In this document: piece by piece, positions 25,012 to 32,000 of the stretch | Numbering within the stretch: position 1 is the first letter of the stretch | How the letters are laid out: the number at the start of each line of letters is the position of its first letter | Assembly: GCF_000017945.1 (NCBI RefSeq) | Contig: NC_009776.1 | Span: 780,001-812,000 of the forward strand | DNA: 32,000 nt | Source of the DNA: Ignicoccus hospitalis KIN4/I | GTDB lineage: Archaea; Thermoproteota; Thermoprotei_A; Sulfolobales; Ignicoccaceae | Reading direction: 5' to 3' | Notes under the pieces: generated by a model | Told to the model about the DNA's origin: nothing | The model's database searches: none | Seen by the model: only the letters and a program-made list of their open reading frames with translations | Position numbers and translations under genes: made by a program

Positions 25012-25722
25012 ATGTCGTTCGGTATGGAGTGGACGCCGGAGGCGAGAGCTGGGCTCAGGGAAGCTCTGGCGGACATGAAAGGTCCGGTGGAGGCCCTAGT
25101 CTTCGTAGAGGAAGGCTGTGAGCCGTGCGAGGCTACGATAGAAATGATGCAAGTAATGAAGGAAGAGAGCCCTAAGGTGAACGGGAAGCCCTACTTCGAC
25201 TACAAAGTCTTCTGGAGGGGGAAGGACGACGAGGCGTTCGACAAGTACAAGGTAGATAGGGTGCCCTCGGTCTTGTTGTTGGACGGCTACATCCGCTACA
25301 CCGGCATCCCCGCGGGAGAGGAAGTGAAGGGCTTCGTAGAAACCGTAATAAGGATCTCTGAGAATGAGAGCGGCTTGGACGAGGAGACCAAGGAGGGGTT
25401 GAAGAAACTCAAGGGCTGTTACTACATCGAGAACGTGGTGACCCCCCAGTGCCCTTATTGCCCCTACGCCGCCTTACTAATTAATATGTTCGCCTTCGAG
25501 GCCAAGAAGCAAGGCAACCCGTGCGTGGTGGCAGACACAGTAGAGGCCTACGAGAACGAGGACATAGCTGACAAATACAACGTCATGAGCGTTCCGGCGA
25601 TAGCGATAAACGGGAACGTGGAGTTCGTGGGAGTCCCCTACGAAGACGACTTGTTAGCCAAGCTGTTCGAGGTAGAGCCCAAGGGGCCTTGTGAGGACGA
25701 GGTGTGCTTCGTCAGGCCCTAA
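25012..25722 (+). CDS. Protein disulfide oxidoreductase (two glutaredoxin-fold domains)
   Basis: Two CxxC motifs, CEPCEATIEMM and CPYCPYAALL, plus cis-Pro segments DRVPSVLLL and MSVPAIAINGN. ATG at 25012 chosen over the extended ORF start at 24847. Confidence 0.92.
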   Translation: MSFGMEWTPEARAGLREALADMKGPVEALVFVEEGCEPCEATIEMMQVMKEESPKVNGKPYFDYKVFWRGKDDEAFDKYKVDRVPSVLLLDGYIRYTGIPAGEEVKGFVETVIRISENESGLDEETKEGLKKLKGCYYIENVVTPQCPYCPYAALLINMFAFEAKKQGNPCVVADTVEAYENEDIADKYNVMSVPAIAINGNVEFVGVPYEDDLLAKLFEVEPKGPCEDEVCFVRP

Positions 25723-25765
25723 AAACATAATTTTTATCGTATCAAAACGTGAAAGAGGAAGGAGC

Positions 25766-26443
25766 TCACTGGGTCCCCTTGTGGTAATCCGGCTTTTCTC
25801 TGACGTCCAGCTCCAACGGCCTCGCCTTCCCGGAGGCCTCGTGCCTCTTGCGCAGCTTCCTTTCCTTCTCCTTCTTCTTCCACTTGTAGTTGTGGGTGCC
25901 CCTGAGGCCCCTGCTCTTGAGCAAGCCCCTCATCTTCCTTCCGGCGCTGGTCTTGCCCCTGAACACCCTTCCCCTGTGCTGCTTCTCGCATATCCACTTG
26001 AGCTCGGGGTCGCTGCATATAGCCGGGTGGTGGGGGTCCACTAGTATTACCTCGTACCACTCGTACTCGCCGTCCTCCGCCACCCAGTAGGAGTTCAGCA
26101 CCTCCAAGCCGGGGTACTTCCTAGCCGCCCTCTCCTCGGCTATGAGCCTGGTGCTCTTGGCCGGGGCGTAGCCGTAAACGCCCATCCTCTTGGGCCTCCT
26201 GCCCTTGTTAGGCCTGGGCCTGTTGAGGCCGCCCTTCCTAACCCTCACTCTGACCACTACGACGCCTTGCTTCGCCTTGTACCCCAGCGCCCTGGCCCGG
26301 TCGAGCCTGGTGGGCTTTTCTATTCTGACTACCGCCGGCTCCCTCCTCCACTTTATGATCCTCTGCTTCATCAACTCCCCGTGCTCGCCGTCGAAGGGCC
26401 TCTTCCACTGCTCTCTCAGAAAGTGGTACAAGCCTCTGGCCAT
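25766..26443 (-). CDS. rpl15e: 50S ribosomal protein L15e
   Basis: [56 protein letters not shown]. Start corrected to 26443. Confidence 0.95.
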   Translation of the reverse strand: MARGLYHFLREQWKRPFDGEHGELMKQRIIKWRREPAVVRIEKPTRLDRARALGYKAKQGVVVVRVRVRKGGLNRPRPNKGRRPKRMGVYGYAPAKSTRLIAEERAARKYPGLEVLNSYWVAEDGEYEWYEVILVDPHHPAICSDPELKWICEKQHRGRVFRGKTSAGRKMRGLLKSRGLRGTHNYKWKKKEKERKLRKRHEASGKARPLELDVREKPDYHKGTQ

Positions 26444-26513
26444 ACTTTGTGCCCCCTGTACCCTCATGGGACGGTTTAAAACGCCTAATAACGCTCGATA
26501 CATTTATTCCCGA

Positions 26514-26972
26514 ATGTGGATCGCGAGGGGGAGACAAGTCTTGACGACGAAGATGACGCTGGGGCTGTACGACGGAGGCCCCTTCTACATATTGCTCACC
26601 AACCCCAACGCCTTGGAGGCGAACGTCAAGATATATTTGAAGGAAGATCCTGAGGTTAAGAAGGAGTTCAAGATGAGGCCTAGAGAGCACGCGACCGTAG
26701 AGCTTTCGTCCGAAGACGCCTTCAAGGGTAAAATAGGCACGGTAATGGTAGAGGCAGACGTGGGACTGATAATAGACTGGGGCGAGTACTTGTGTCCCAA
26801 GTGCAAGAGGGCCACCTTGGAACTGAAGCCCAAGAGGATAGACGAGGGCGAGGGCTTTGTGGTAGTCTACGAGTGGGTGTGCAAGAAGTGCGGTTACAGG
26901 GAGACCGAGGGTAAGCTGGTGGCGGTGAGGAGGGATGGAGGGGTGGAACTTACCTTCCAGCCTTCCAAGTGA
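26514..26972 (+). CDS. Zinc-ribbon hypothetical protein
   Basis: CPKCKRATLELKPKRIDEGEGFVVVYEWVCKKCGYRE. ATG at 26514, in frame with the longer ORF. Confidence 0.75.
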   Translation: MWIARGRQVLTTKMTLGLYDGGPFYILLTNPNALEANVKIYLKEDPEVKKEFKMRPREHATVELSSEDAFKGKIGTVMVEADVGLIIDWGEYLCPKCKRATLELKPKRIDEGEGFVVVYEWVCKKCGYRETEGKLVAVRRDGGVELTFQPSK

Positions 26973-28290
26973 GGGCGAGTCCCTAGAGCTCGCCAAGAAG
27001 GTCTTGGAACTGGGGTGGAAGAAGGGCGTATACGTGGAGGTAAACGTCCTCGGGGCCTCTAGGACCTCCGTGACGGCATCGGGGGAAGAGCACAAGGTCG
27101 TTCAAGGCCACTCGTGGTTGGCCGGAGTGAGGGTAGAGGGGTCCGGCTTAGCTTACACCACTTCGCCGGAGGGCTTGGTGGAGGCCTTCGAGAGGGCCTA
27201 CAAGGCCTACAAGGCTTTGGGACCCTCCAAGCTCTACGAGCTGGGCCCCTTGGTGGATAGGGTCAGCCAGAGGCTGGAGCGCCCCCCGTGGGACGTGGAC
27301 CTCGAGACCAAGGTGAAGGACGTCTTGGACGCGCTCAAGGAGGCCAAGGGGAAGGCAGTGGTTGCCTATAGGGAGGTTTACGGCTACAAGCTGTACGCCT
27401 CCTCCGACGGGAGGGAGGTCCTCCAGAGGCTCTCCTACTCCCTCCACGCGGCCAACGTGACCCTGGCGGAGGGAGGGAACAGGGGGAACGGCTACTGGAG
27501 CGTCGCCTCGAGGAAGGGCTACACTACTGACCCTCGGACGGCCGTGAGGGAGGCCGTTAGGAAGGCGGAGCTGCAGCTGAGGGGCAAGGGGCTGGAGCCC
27601 GGGCTCTGGGAGGTCGCGCTGGAGCCCCCGGCGATAGGGGTTATGGTCCACGAGGCGCTGGGCCACATGTCGGAGGCGGACCACGTGGCCTCTGGCTCCC
27701 CGCTCAAGAAGGGGGAGACCGTCGGGCCGGAGTTCTTGAACGTGAGCGACTCCCCGGGGCCCGAGGGGGAGTGGGGCTCCATATTCTACGACGACGAGGG
27801 CGTGAAGCCTAAGAAAGTCGAAATAGTCAAGGAAGGGAAGGTCAACGGGTTCTTGACGGACCGCAAGCACGCGGCCCTCTTGGGCCTCGAGCCCACAGGG
27901 AACGGGAGACAAGAGGACCCCTCCAAGCCCCCGATACCTAGGATGAGGGTAACTTACGTCGAGCCGGGCGACTGGAGGAGGGACGAGGTGTTGGGAGAGC
28001 TTAAGAGAGGAGTCTTGATAGTAGACACCTCCGGGGGTAACGCGGAGCTCGACGGAACGTTCTTCTTCATGAGCCAGGAGGCGTGGTACGTGGAGGGCGG
28101 GGAGCCCAAGTACCCGCTCAAGCCCCTAGGGATAGCTGGGAACGTCCTCGAGATGTTAAAGGAAGTGAAGGCGGTGGGCAACGAGTTGGCCTTCAGGCCG
28201 GGCACTTGCGGGAAGTGGGGCCAGTCGGTCCCGGTCAGCGTAGGAGGCCCCCTTACCTTAACCGCCCTCCGCCTCTCCCCGCCGGCGTGA
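26935..28290 (+). CDS. tldD: TldD-family metalloprotease
   Basis: PPAIGVMVHEALGHMSEADHVASGSPL (HExxxH) and FLTDRKHAALLGLEPTGNGRQED. Confidence 0.93.
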   Translation: MEGWNLPSSLPSEGESLELAKKVLELGWKKGVYVEVNVLGASRTSVTASGEEHKVVQGHSWLAGVRVEGSGLAYTTSPEGLVEAFERAYKAYKALGPSKLYELGPLVDRVSQRLERPPWDVDLETKVKDVLDALKEAKGKAVVAYREVYGYKLYASSDGREVLQRLSYSLHAANVTLAEGGNRGNGYWSVASRKGYTTDPRTAVREAVRKAELQLRGKGLEPGLWEVALEPPAIGVMVHEALGHMSEADHVASGSPLKKGETVGPEFLNVSDSPGPEGEWGSIFYDDEGVKPKKVEIVKEGKVNGFLTDRKHAALLGLEPTGNGRQEDPSKPPIPRMRVTYVEPGDWRRDEVLGELKRGVLIVDTSGGNAELDGTFFFMSQEAWYVEGGEPKYPLKPLGIAGNVLEMLKEVKAVGNELAFRPGTCGKWGQSVPVSVGGPLTLTALRLSPPA

Positions 28291-28294
28291 AAGG

Positions 28295-28852
28295 GTGAGG
28301 GTCGCTTTCTTACCCCTAGGCTCTTACGAACAACACGGTCCCTTGCCCAAGGACTTAGATGCTAGGATAGCCTCGGCGGTCGCGAGGAGGCTCGCGGAGC
28401 TCCTAGGAGGGGAAGTCCTCCCCCCGCTCTACTACTCTTGCAGCTGGGAGTGGGAGGACTCGGTGAGCTTGAGGGTAGAGACCTTGGCCTCGGTCTTGAG
28501 GGACATAAATTTCTCATTAAAGAGGTTAGGCAAGGAGCTGGTGGTGGTCAACGCGCACGGCGGCAACTCCGGCTTGGTACAAGCGGTGGGGAGGCAAGAG
28601 GGCTTCTACGTAGTCGACTTCTGGAAGGCGTGCGGGATAAAGGTGGGCCACTGCGACGGCGCGGAGGTCTCGGTCGCCAAGGCCTTGGGGATGGAGCTCG
28701 AGGTGCCCGAGTACCGGAAGGGGTGGCCCGAGGGCAAGGTGAGCCTCCCCAAGCTCCCCGCAGGTTGCTGGGGCTTCGAGGGCGGAGACCTTGACGTAGA
28801 GAGTTGTATTAAAGAGATAGCCGAGGAGCTCAAGAACTTGCTTTTCGGTTAG
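28295..28852 (+). CDS. Creatininase/ArfB-like amidohydrolase family
   Basis: VAFLPLGSYEQHGPLPKDLDARIA and VVVNAHGGNSGLVQAVGR. Confidence 0.9.
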   Translation: MRVAFLPLGSYEQHGPLPKDLDARIASAVARRLAELLGGEVLPPLYYSCSWEWEDSVSLRVETLASVLRDINFSLKRLGKELVVVNAHGGNSGLVQAVGRQEGFYVVDFWKACGIKVGHCDGAEVSVAKALGMELEVPEYRKGWPEGKVSLPKLPAGCWGFEGGDLDVESCIKEIAEELKNLLFG

Positions 28853-28907
28853 TCAGGTCGTTAATTAAAATTTCGCCCTCCCCACGGAGCGAAAGCGGTG
28901 TGAAAGC

Positions 28908-29894
28908 GTGCTGAGGCTCGGAGCGCCGGCCAAGAGGCCGAAGGGAGGGGAGTTCGACGTCGTAGTGATAGGCGCGGGTCCCGGAGGGCTGACTGCCGCT
29001 ATGTACGCTGCCAGGTTGGGGTTGAAGACGGTAGTCTTGGAGAAGGACAACAAGCCGGGGGGTAGGACCTCCCTAGCCCCCGTGGTCGAGGACTACCCCG
29101 GCATAGACAAGATAGGCGGCGAGGAGCTGGCCCAACGCTTCTTGAACCAAGCCACCAAGTTCGGGGCTCAAGTGGTGTTCGGGGAAAGGGTCGTGGACGC
29201 CGACTTCTCCAAGGAGGAGATGAAGGTGGTGAGGACCCACAAGGGGAGGGAATACAAGGCCCCCGCGGTGATCATAGCGACCGGCGTCTCCACTAAAGGC
29301 TTGGGCGTCAAGGGCGAGAAGGAGTACTTCGGCAAGGGCGTGAGCTACTGCGTAGTGTGCGACGCCCCCTTCTTCAAGGGCGAACCCATGGCCTTGGTGG
29401 GTTACGACGACCACGCGATGGAGGAGGCGGTCTACATGACCTCCCTCGCCAGCAAGGTATACATAGTAACTCACGGGAAGAAGATCGAAGCCTCCGAGTC
29501 TTACATGAGCGTGTTAAGGAACAACCCGAAGGTCGAAATACTTGAAGGAGCTAAGGTGAAGGAGATAGTGGGCGACGGCCAGAAGGTGACCGGGCTGGTG
29601 GTGGAGCTGCCGGACGGCACTACCAAGACCTTGCCGGTGAGGGCCGTGTTCATATCTTACGGCGAGGTCCCCAGCACCGAGATATTCAAGAAGGCTGGGG
29701 TGGAGGTGGACGAAAGGGGCTTCATAAAGATAGACCCCTACACTAGGACCAACGTGCCCGGAGTCTTCGCGGTGGGCGACGTGACCGGGATAGGCTTCCA
29801 GATAGTGATCGCCGCCGGCCACGGGGCCACCGCCGCCTTAGAGGCCTCGAAGTACGTGAAGAGGATCAAGAGGAAGGTAGCGGTCAAACAATAG
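28908..29894 (+). CDS. Thioredoxin reductase-like flavoprotein
   Basis: VVVIGAGPGGLTAAMYAARLGLKTVVLEK, redox motif CVVCDAPFFKG, and GVFAVGDVTGIGFQIVIAAGHGATAALEA. Confidence 0.92.
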   Translation: MLRLGAPAKRPKGGEFDVVVIGAGPGGLTAAMYAARLGLKTVVLEKDNKPGGRTSLAPVVEDYPGIDKIGGEELAQRFLNQATKFGAQVVFGERVVDADFSKEEMKVVRTHKGREYKAPAVIIATGVSTKGLGVKGEKEYFGKGVSYCVVCDAPFFKGEPMALVGYDDHAMEEAVYMTSLASKVYIVTHGKKIEASESYMSVLRNNPKVEILEGAKVKEIVGDGQKVTGLVVELPDGTTKTLPVRAVFISYGEVPSTEIFKKAGVEVDERGFIKIDPYTRTNVPGVFAVGDVTGIGFQIVIAAGHGATAALEASKYVKRIKRKVAVKQ

Positions 29895-30663
29895 CCTCTT
29901 TTAAGCGCGGGAAGAAGTAGACATTATAAGGCGTGTAGTTGGCGCTCAAGTTGGCCTGTTCGGCGGCCATCTCGAATATCCTCTTGTGTTTCCTCGGGAG
30001 CGTGTAAACTATCCTCTCGAACCGCGTCGCTATTACCTCTAGGGCCTTCCTCACCAAGTCAACGTAAATGGGGACCTCCTCCGGCGCAACCCTCTCCGGC
30101 GGGTAGTCGTAGTGGGCGCTGGGGAAGTAGACGTCGAAGAACCTAGGGACTATAACTAAGGGCTCACTCATGACGAACCTCCAGACGTCGTTGCCGTACT
30201 TGTTTATTATTGATTCTATCTTCTTGTACATGAAGCTGTCCCTGTAAGGCTTCACCTTCGAGCACGGGGTTATTAAGGCCACTTCCCCCGGGCCCATCTT
30301 GTCCAACAAGTAGCTGAACAAGAACTCGTGGTAGTCCTTGACGGTCGGGTGTAGGAAGAGCCAGTCGCCCTCCAGAACCACCTCTCCGGGCGTCGCGTAC
30401 ACCGTGTCCAGGTCGTACTCCCTCGCGAGGTAGAAGCCTATGGGAGTTACTACCTTAATTCCCTTAAAGTGTAAGTACTGGGGGTCCACTACCAGCGCCT
30501 TGAGGGCTAAGTCTAGTTCCCTTTCATTTATCCTCTCATCATTCATTAAGGATTCTGCTATATTCACGAGTTCGTCCTTGTATTTTGATGCTGTCTCCTT
30601 AGCCCTCCGCCACAGTTCCGCCCTGCACGCCTTCTTGTTGAGGCAAGCGACTAGGCTTTCCAC
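29884..30663 (-). CDS. ArcS/DUF5591-like tRNA-modification domain protein
   Basis: GPGEVALITPCSKVKPYRDSFMYKKIESIINK, FDVYFPSAHYDYPPE, ATRFERIVYTLPRKHKRIFE. Confidence 0.7.
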   Translation of the reverse strand: MESLVACLNKKACRAELWRRAKETASKYKDELVNIAESLMNDERINERELDLALKALVVDPQYLHFKGIKVVTPIGFYLAREYDLDTVYATPGEVVLEGDWLFLHPTVKDYHEFLFSYLLDKMGPGEVALITPCSKVKPYRDSFMYKKIESIINKYGNDVWRFVMSEPLVIVPRFFDVYFPSAHYDYPPERVAPEEVPIYVDLVRKALEVIATRFERIVYTLPRKHKRIFEMAAEQANLSANYTPYNVYFFPRLKEAIV

Positions 30664-31519
30664 GCCTTAACCCGTTGAGAGTATAGGCCAACGACCCTAT
30701 CCTCCTAGAGAGGGATAGTGATACTATCAGTAGGACGAAAGTAGCACCAACCACCCCGACCTCCGGGACCCCCCACTCGCCCGAGATCGCGCACCCGAGC
30801 CAGCCCACCAAGGCTCCGGAGGCGTAGGTGGCTTCGAAGTTCCTCTCCACTTCCCTCAGCCCGGACCTCAAGCTGAAGGTCGCCGGGAGGATTAACAGCA
30901 CTTGAGAACTCAATAGGCCGACAGTAAACGAGGCGAAAGAAGTCCCCAAAACCATAAAGAAGAATAAGAGCCAAGCCCAGAGCAGAGGCCTCTTCGCAGT
31001 AACTTTGAGGTACTCGTAATCAAACATGACTGCGGCTAACTGTAGTTTAAACGCACTACCTACCAGCATAATTGTAATAGCTATCGCTGCTAAGAAGTAG
31101 GAGCTGAGCTCGTCTACGGTCCAAAGGGAGCCAGAAAGGGACATCATGGCTTGTGCGGCAGCTTCTGGGCTGGCGTAGGCCATGCCTATGCTGGCGAGTA
31201 TTAGGAGCGTCGCGACCGCTTCAGAAACCTCTTCCAAGCCCGAGCTCACGAACTTCTTCGCGAACACGAGAGCTATTATGGAACTGACCAGAACGTCCAA
31301 CACGAAGGCGTGAGCCACATCTATGGACAAGACGAACGAGGCTATAGATAAGAAGAAGCCCAATAAGACGGAGGCTAGAAAGGGGCTTACGAGGTCCATG
31401 CAGACCACGCTGCACCCGATGGCGCCAGAGAGGGACGCCAAGGAGAAGGTGGCCAAGGCCGTGGGTAGGGGGAGCGTGGCCAATAGTATAGTCGTAGCGA
31501 TGGCTATCTCCGTTATCAT
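30599..31519 (-). CDS. ABC-3 (ZnuB/TroC-type) metal ABC transporter permease
   Basis: Multi-TM. Contains AAVMFDYEYLKVTAK and SFTVGLLSSQVLLILPATFSLRSG, matching ABC-3 signatures. ATG at 31519 overlaps the upstream stop (ATGA). Confidence 0.75.
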   Translation of the reverse strand: MITEIAIATTILLATLPLPTALATFSLASLSGAIGCSVVCMDLVSPFLASVLLGFFLSIASFVLSIDVAHAFVLDVLVSSIIALVFAKKFVSSGLEEVSEAVATLLILASIGMAYASPEAAAQAMMSLSGSLWTVDELSSYFLAAIAITIMLVGSAFKLQLAAVMFDYEYLKVTAKRPLLWAWLLFFFMVLGTSFASFTVGLLSSQVLLILPATFSLRSGLREVERNFEATYASGALVGWLGCAISGEWGVPEVGVVGATFVLLIVSLSLSRRIGSLAYTLNGLRRGKPSRLPQQEGVQGGTVAEG

Positions 31520-32000
31520 TTCTCTCCGCTCAGCGCTTCGCACGTGAGCTTTAAGTATTCATGGAAGGTCTCTACGGGGGGGTTCAGCAAGTACACCTTC
31601 ACTACCGGCTTGCCCAGCCTGTGCGCTTGGGCTATCATGTACTTGGCGGCCGGCGTATTGGAGCTGACGTCAGAGACCACCAGCATGTCAGCGTCTTTGA
31701 GCGCTTCCACGCCCTTCTTCATTTGCAGCCCGCTGACGGAGGCAGGCCCCTTCTCCATCACTACGAACTTCGTGACGACGCCGAAGTTGTAGATTATGTA
31801 CTGTTCACCGGGCAACATCACGACCGCGCTCTTGTCCCCGGCGAAACACTCCTCTAGGATTTCTCTGGATTTCTTAAGTTCCTCTATGAAGGAGTTAACG
31901 TACTTGGCACAGGAGCTCGGCTCAACCTCGCACGCGTGGGCGCTCACTTGGGACATCAGCAAGAACGCGTTAGGGGCGTAGAGCCACCAACCGTGGGGGT
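31516..32000 (-). CDS. Metal-binding ABC substrate-binding protein (ZnuA/TroA-like), N-terminal part outside window
   Basis: Frame stays open to the window edge (...HGWWLYAPNAFLLMSQVSAHACEVEPSSCAKYV), resembling the PHxWxxPxNA region of cluster A-I SBPs. Followed by an ABC-3 permease. Confidence 0.65.
   Translation of the reverse strand, partial: PHGWWLYAPNAFLLMSQVSAHACEVEPSSCAKYVNSFIEELKKSREILEECFAGDKSAVVMLPGEQYIIYNFGVVTKFVVMEKGPASVSGLQMKKGVEALKDADMLVVSDVSSNTPAAKYMIAQAHRLGKPVVKVYLLNPPVETFHEYLKLTCEALSGEK

Noticed and set aside
27148-27912. 254-aa minus-strand ORF
   Set aside because: Lies fully antisense to the well-supported tldD CDS, with low-complexity Pro/Leu/Gly/Arg composition. A by-product of GC-rich codon usage.

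Overview
This is a gene-dense archaeal window. Its TATA-box promoters, thermosome, S16/COG1750-type protease, PDO/TrxR pair, THUMP and ArcS-like genes, and GTG/TTG starts point to a hyperthermophilic crenarchaeon, probably Desulfurococcales and Ignicoccus-like; that assignment is inference. Most of the window is ordinary, tightly packed housekeeping genes: hisS (partial), ppa, a PhoU/AbrB regulator, phosphoglucosamine/phosphomannomutase, a 2TM-RCK K+ channel, thiDN, a secreted Lon-like protease, DUF72, the transketolase C-terminal half, chorismate mutase-prephenate dehydrogenase, thermosome, a sulfotransferase-like gene, an SQR/FCC-like flavoprotein, a PUA-NSUN rRNA/tRNA m5C methylase, purF, a phosphodiesterase, a THUMP protein, an HTH protein, PDO, L15e, a zinc ribbon protein, TldD, a creatininase-family protein, a TrxR-like protein, an ArcS-like domain, and an ABC-3 permease with a metal-binding SBP (partial). 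The atypical part is about 12.85-16.1 kb. First comes an ECF cobalt/nickel transporter operon (cbiM-cbiN/PDGLE-cbiQ-cbiO) whose amino-acid sequence is still recognisable but jumps frame at about nine places, mostly in short G/C runs, with loss of the CbiM GTSGH motif. Next is a 3-4 unit degenerate crenarchaeal-type CRISPR remnant (minus-strand consensus GTGAAGTCTCAAAAGAGGATAGAAAG). It is followed by a lower-GC, hairpin-rich spacer containing a small hydrophobic ORF. A candidate C/D-box sRNA complementary to the universal 16S 530-loop region sits at the 3' end of a small ORF near 3.69 kb. I found no convincing complete novel defence or mobile system. The decayed transporter plus CRISPR relic and the sRNA candidate are the observations most worth checking.
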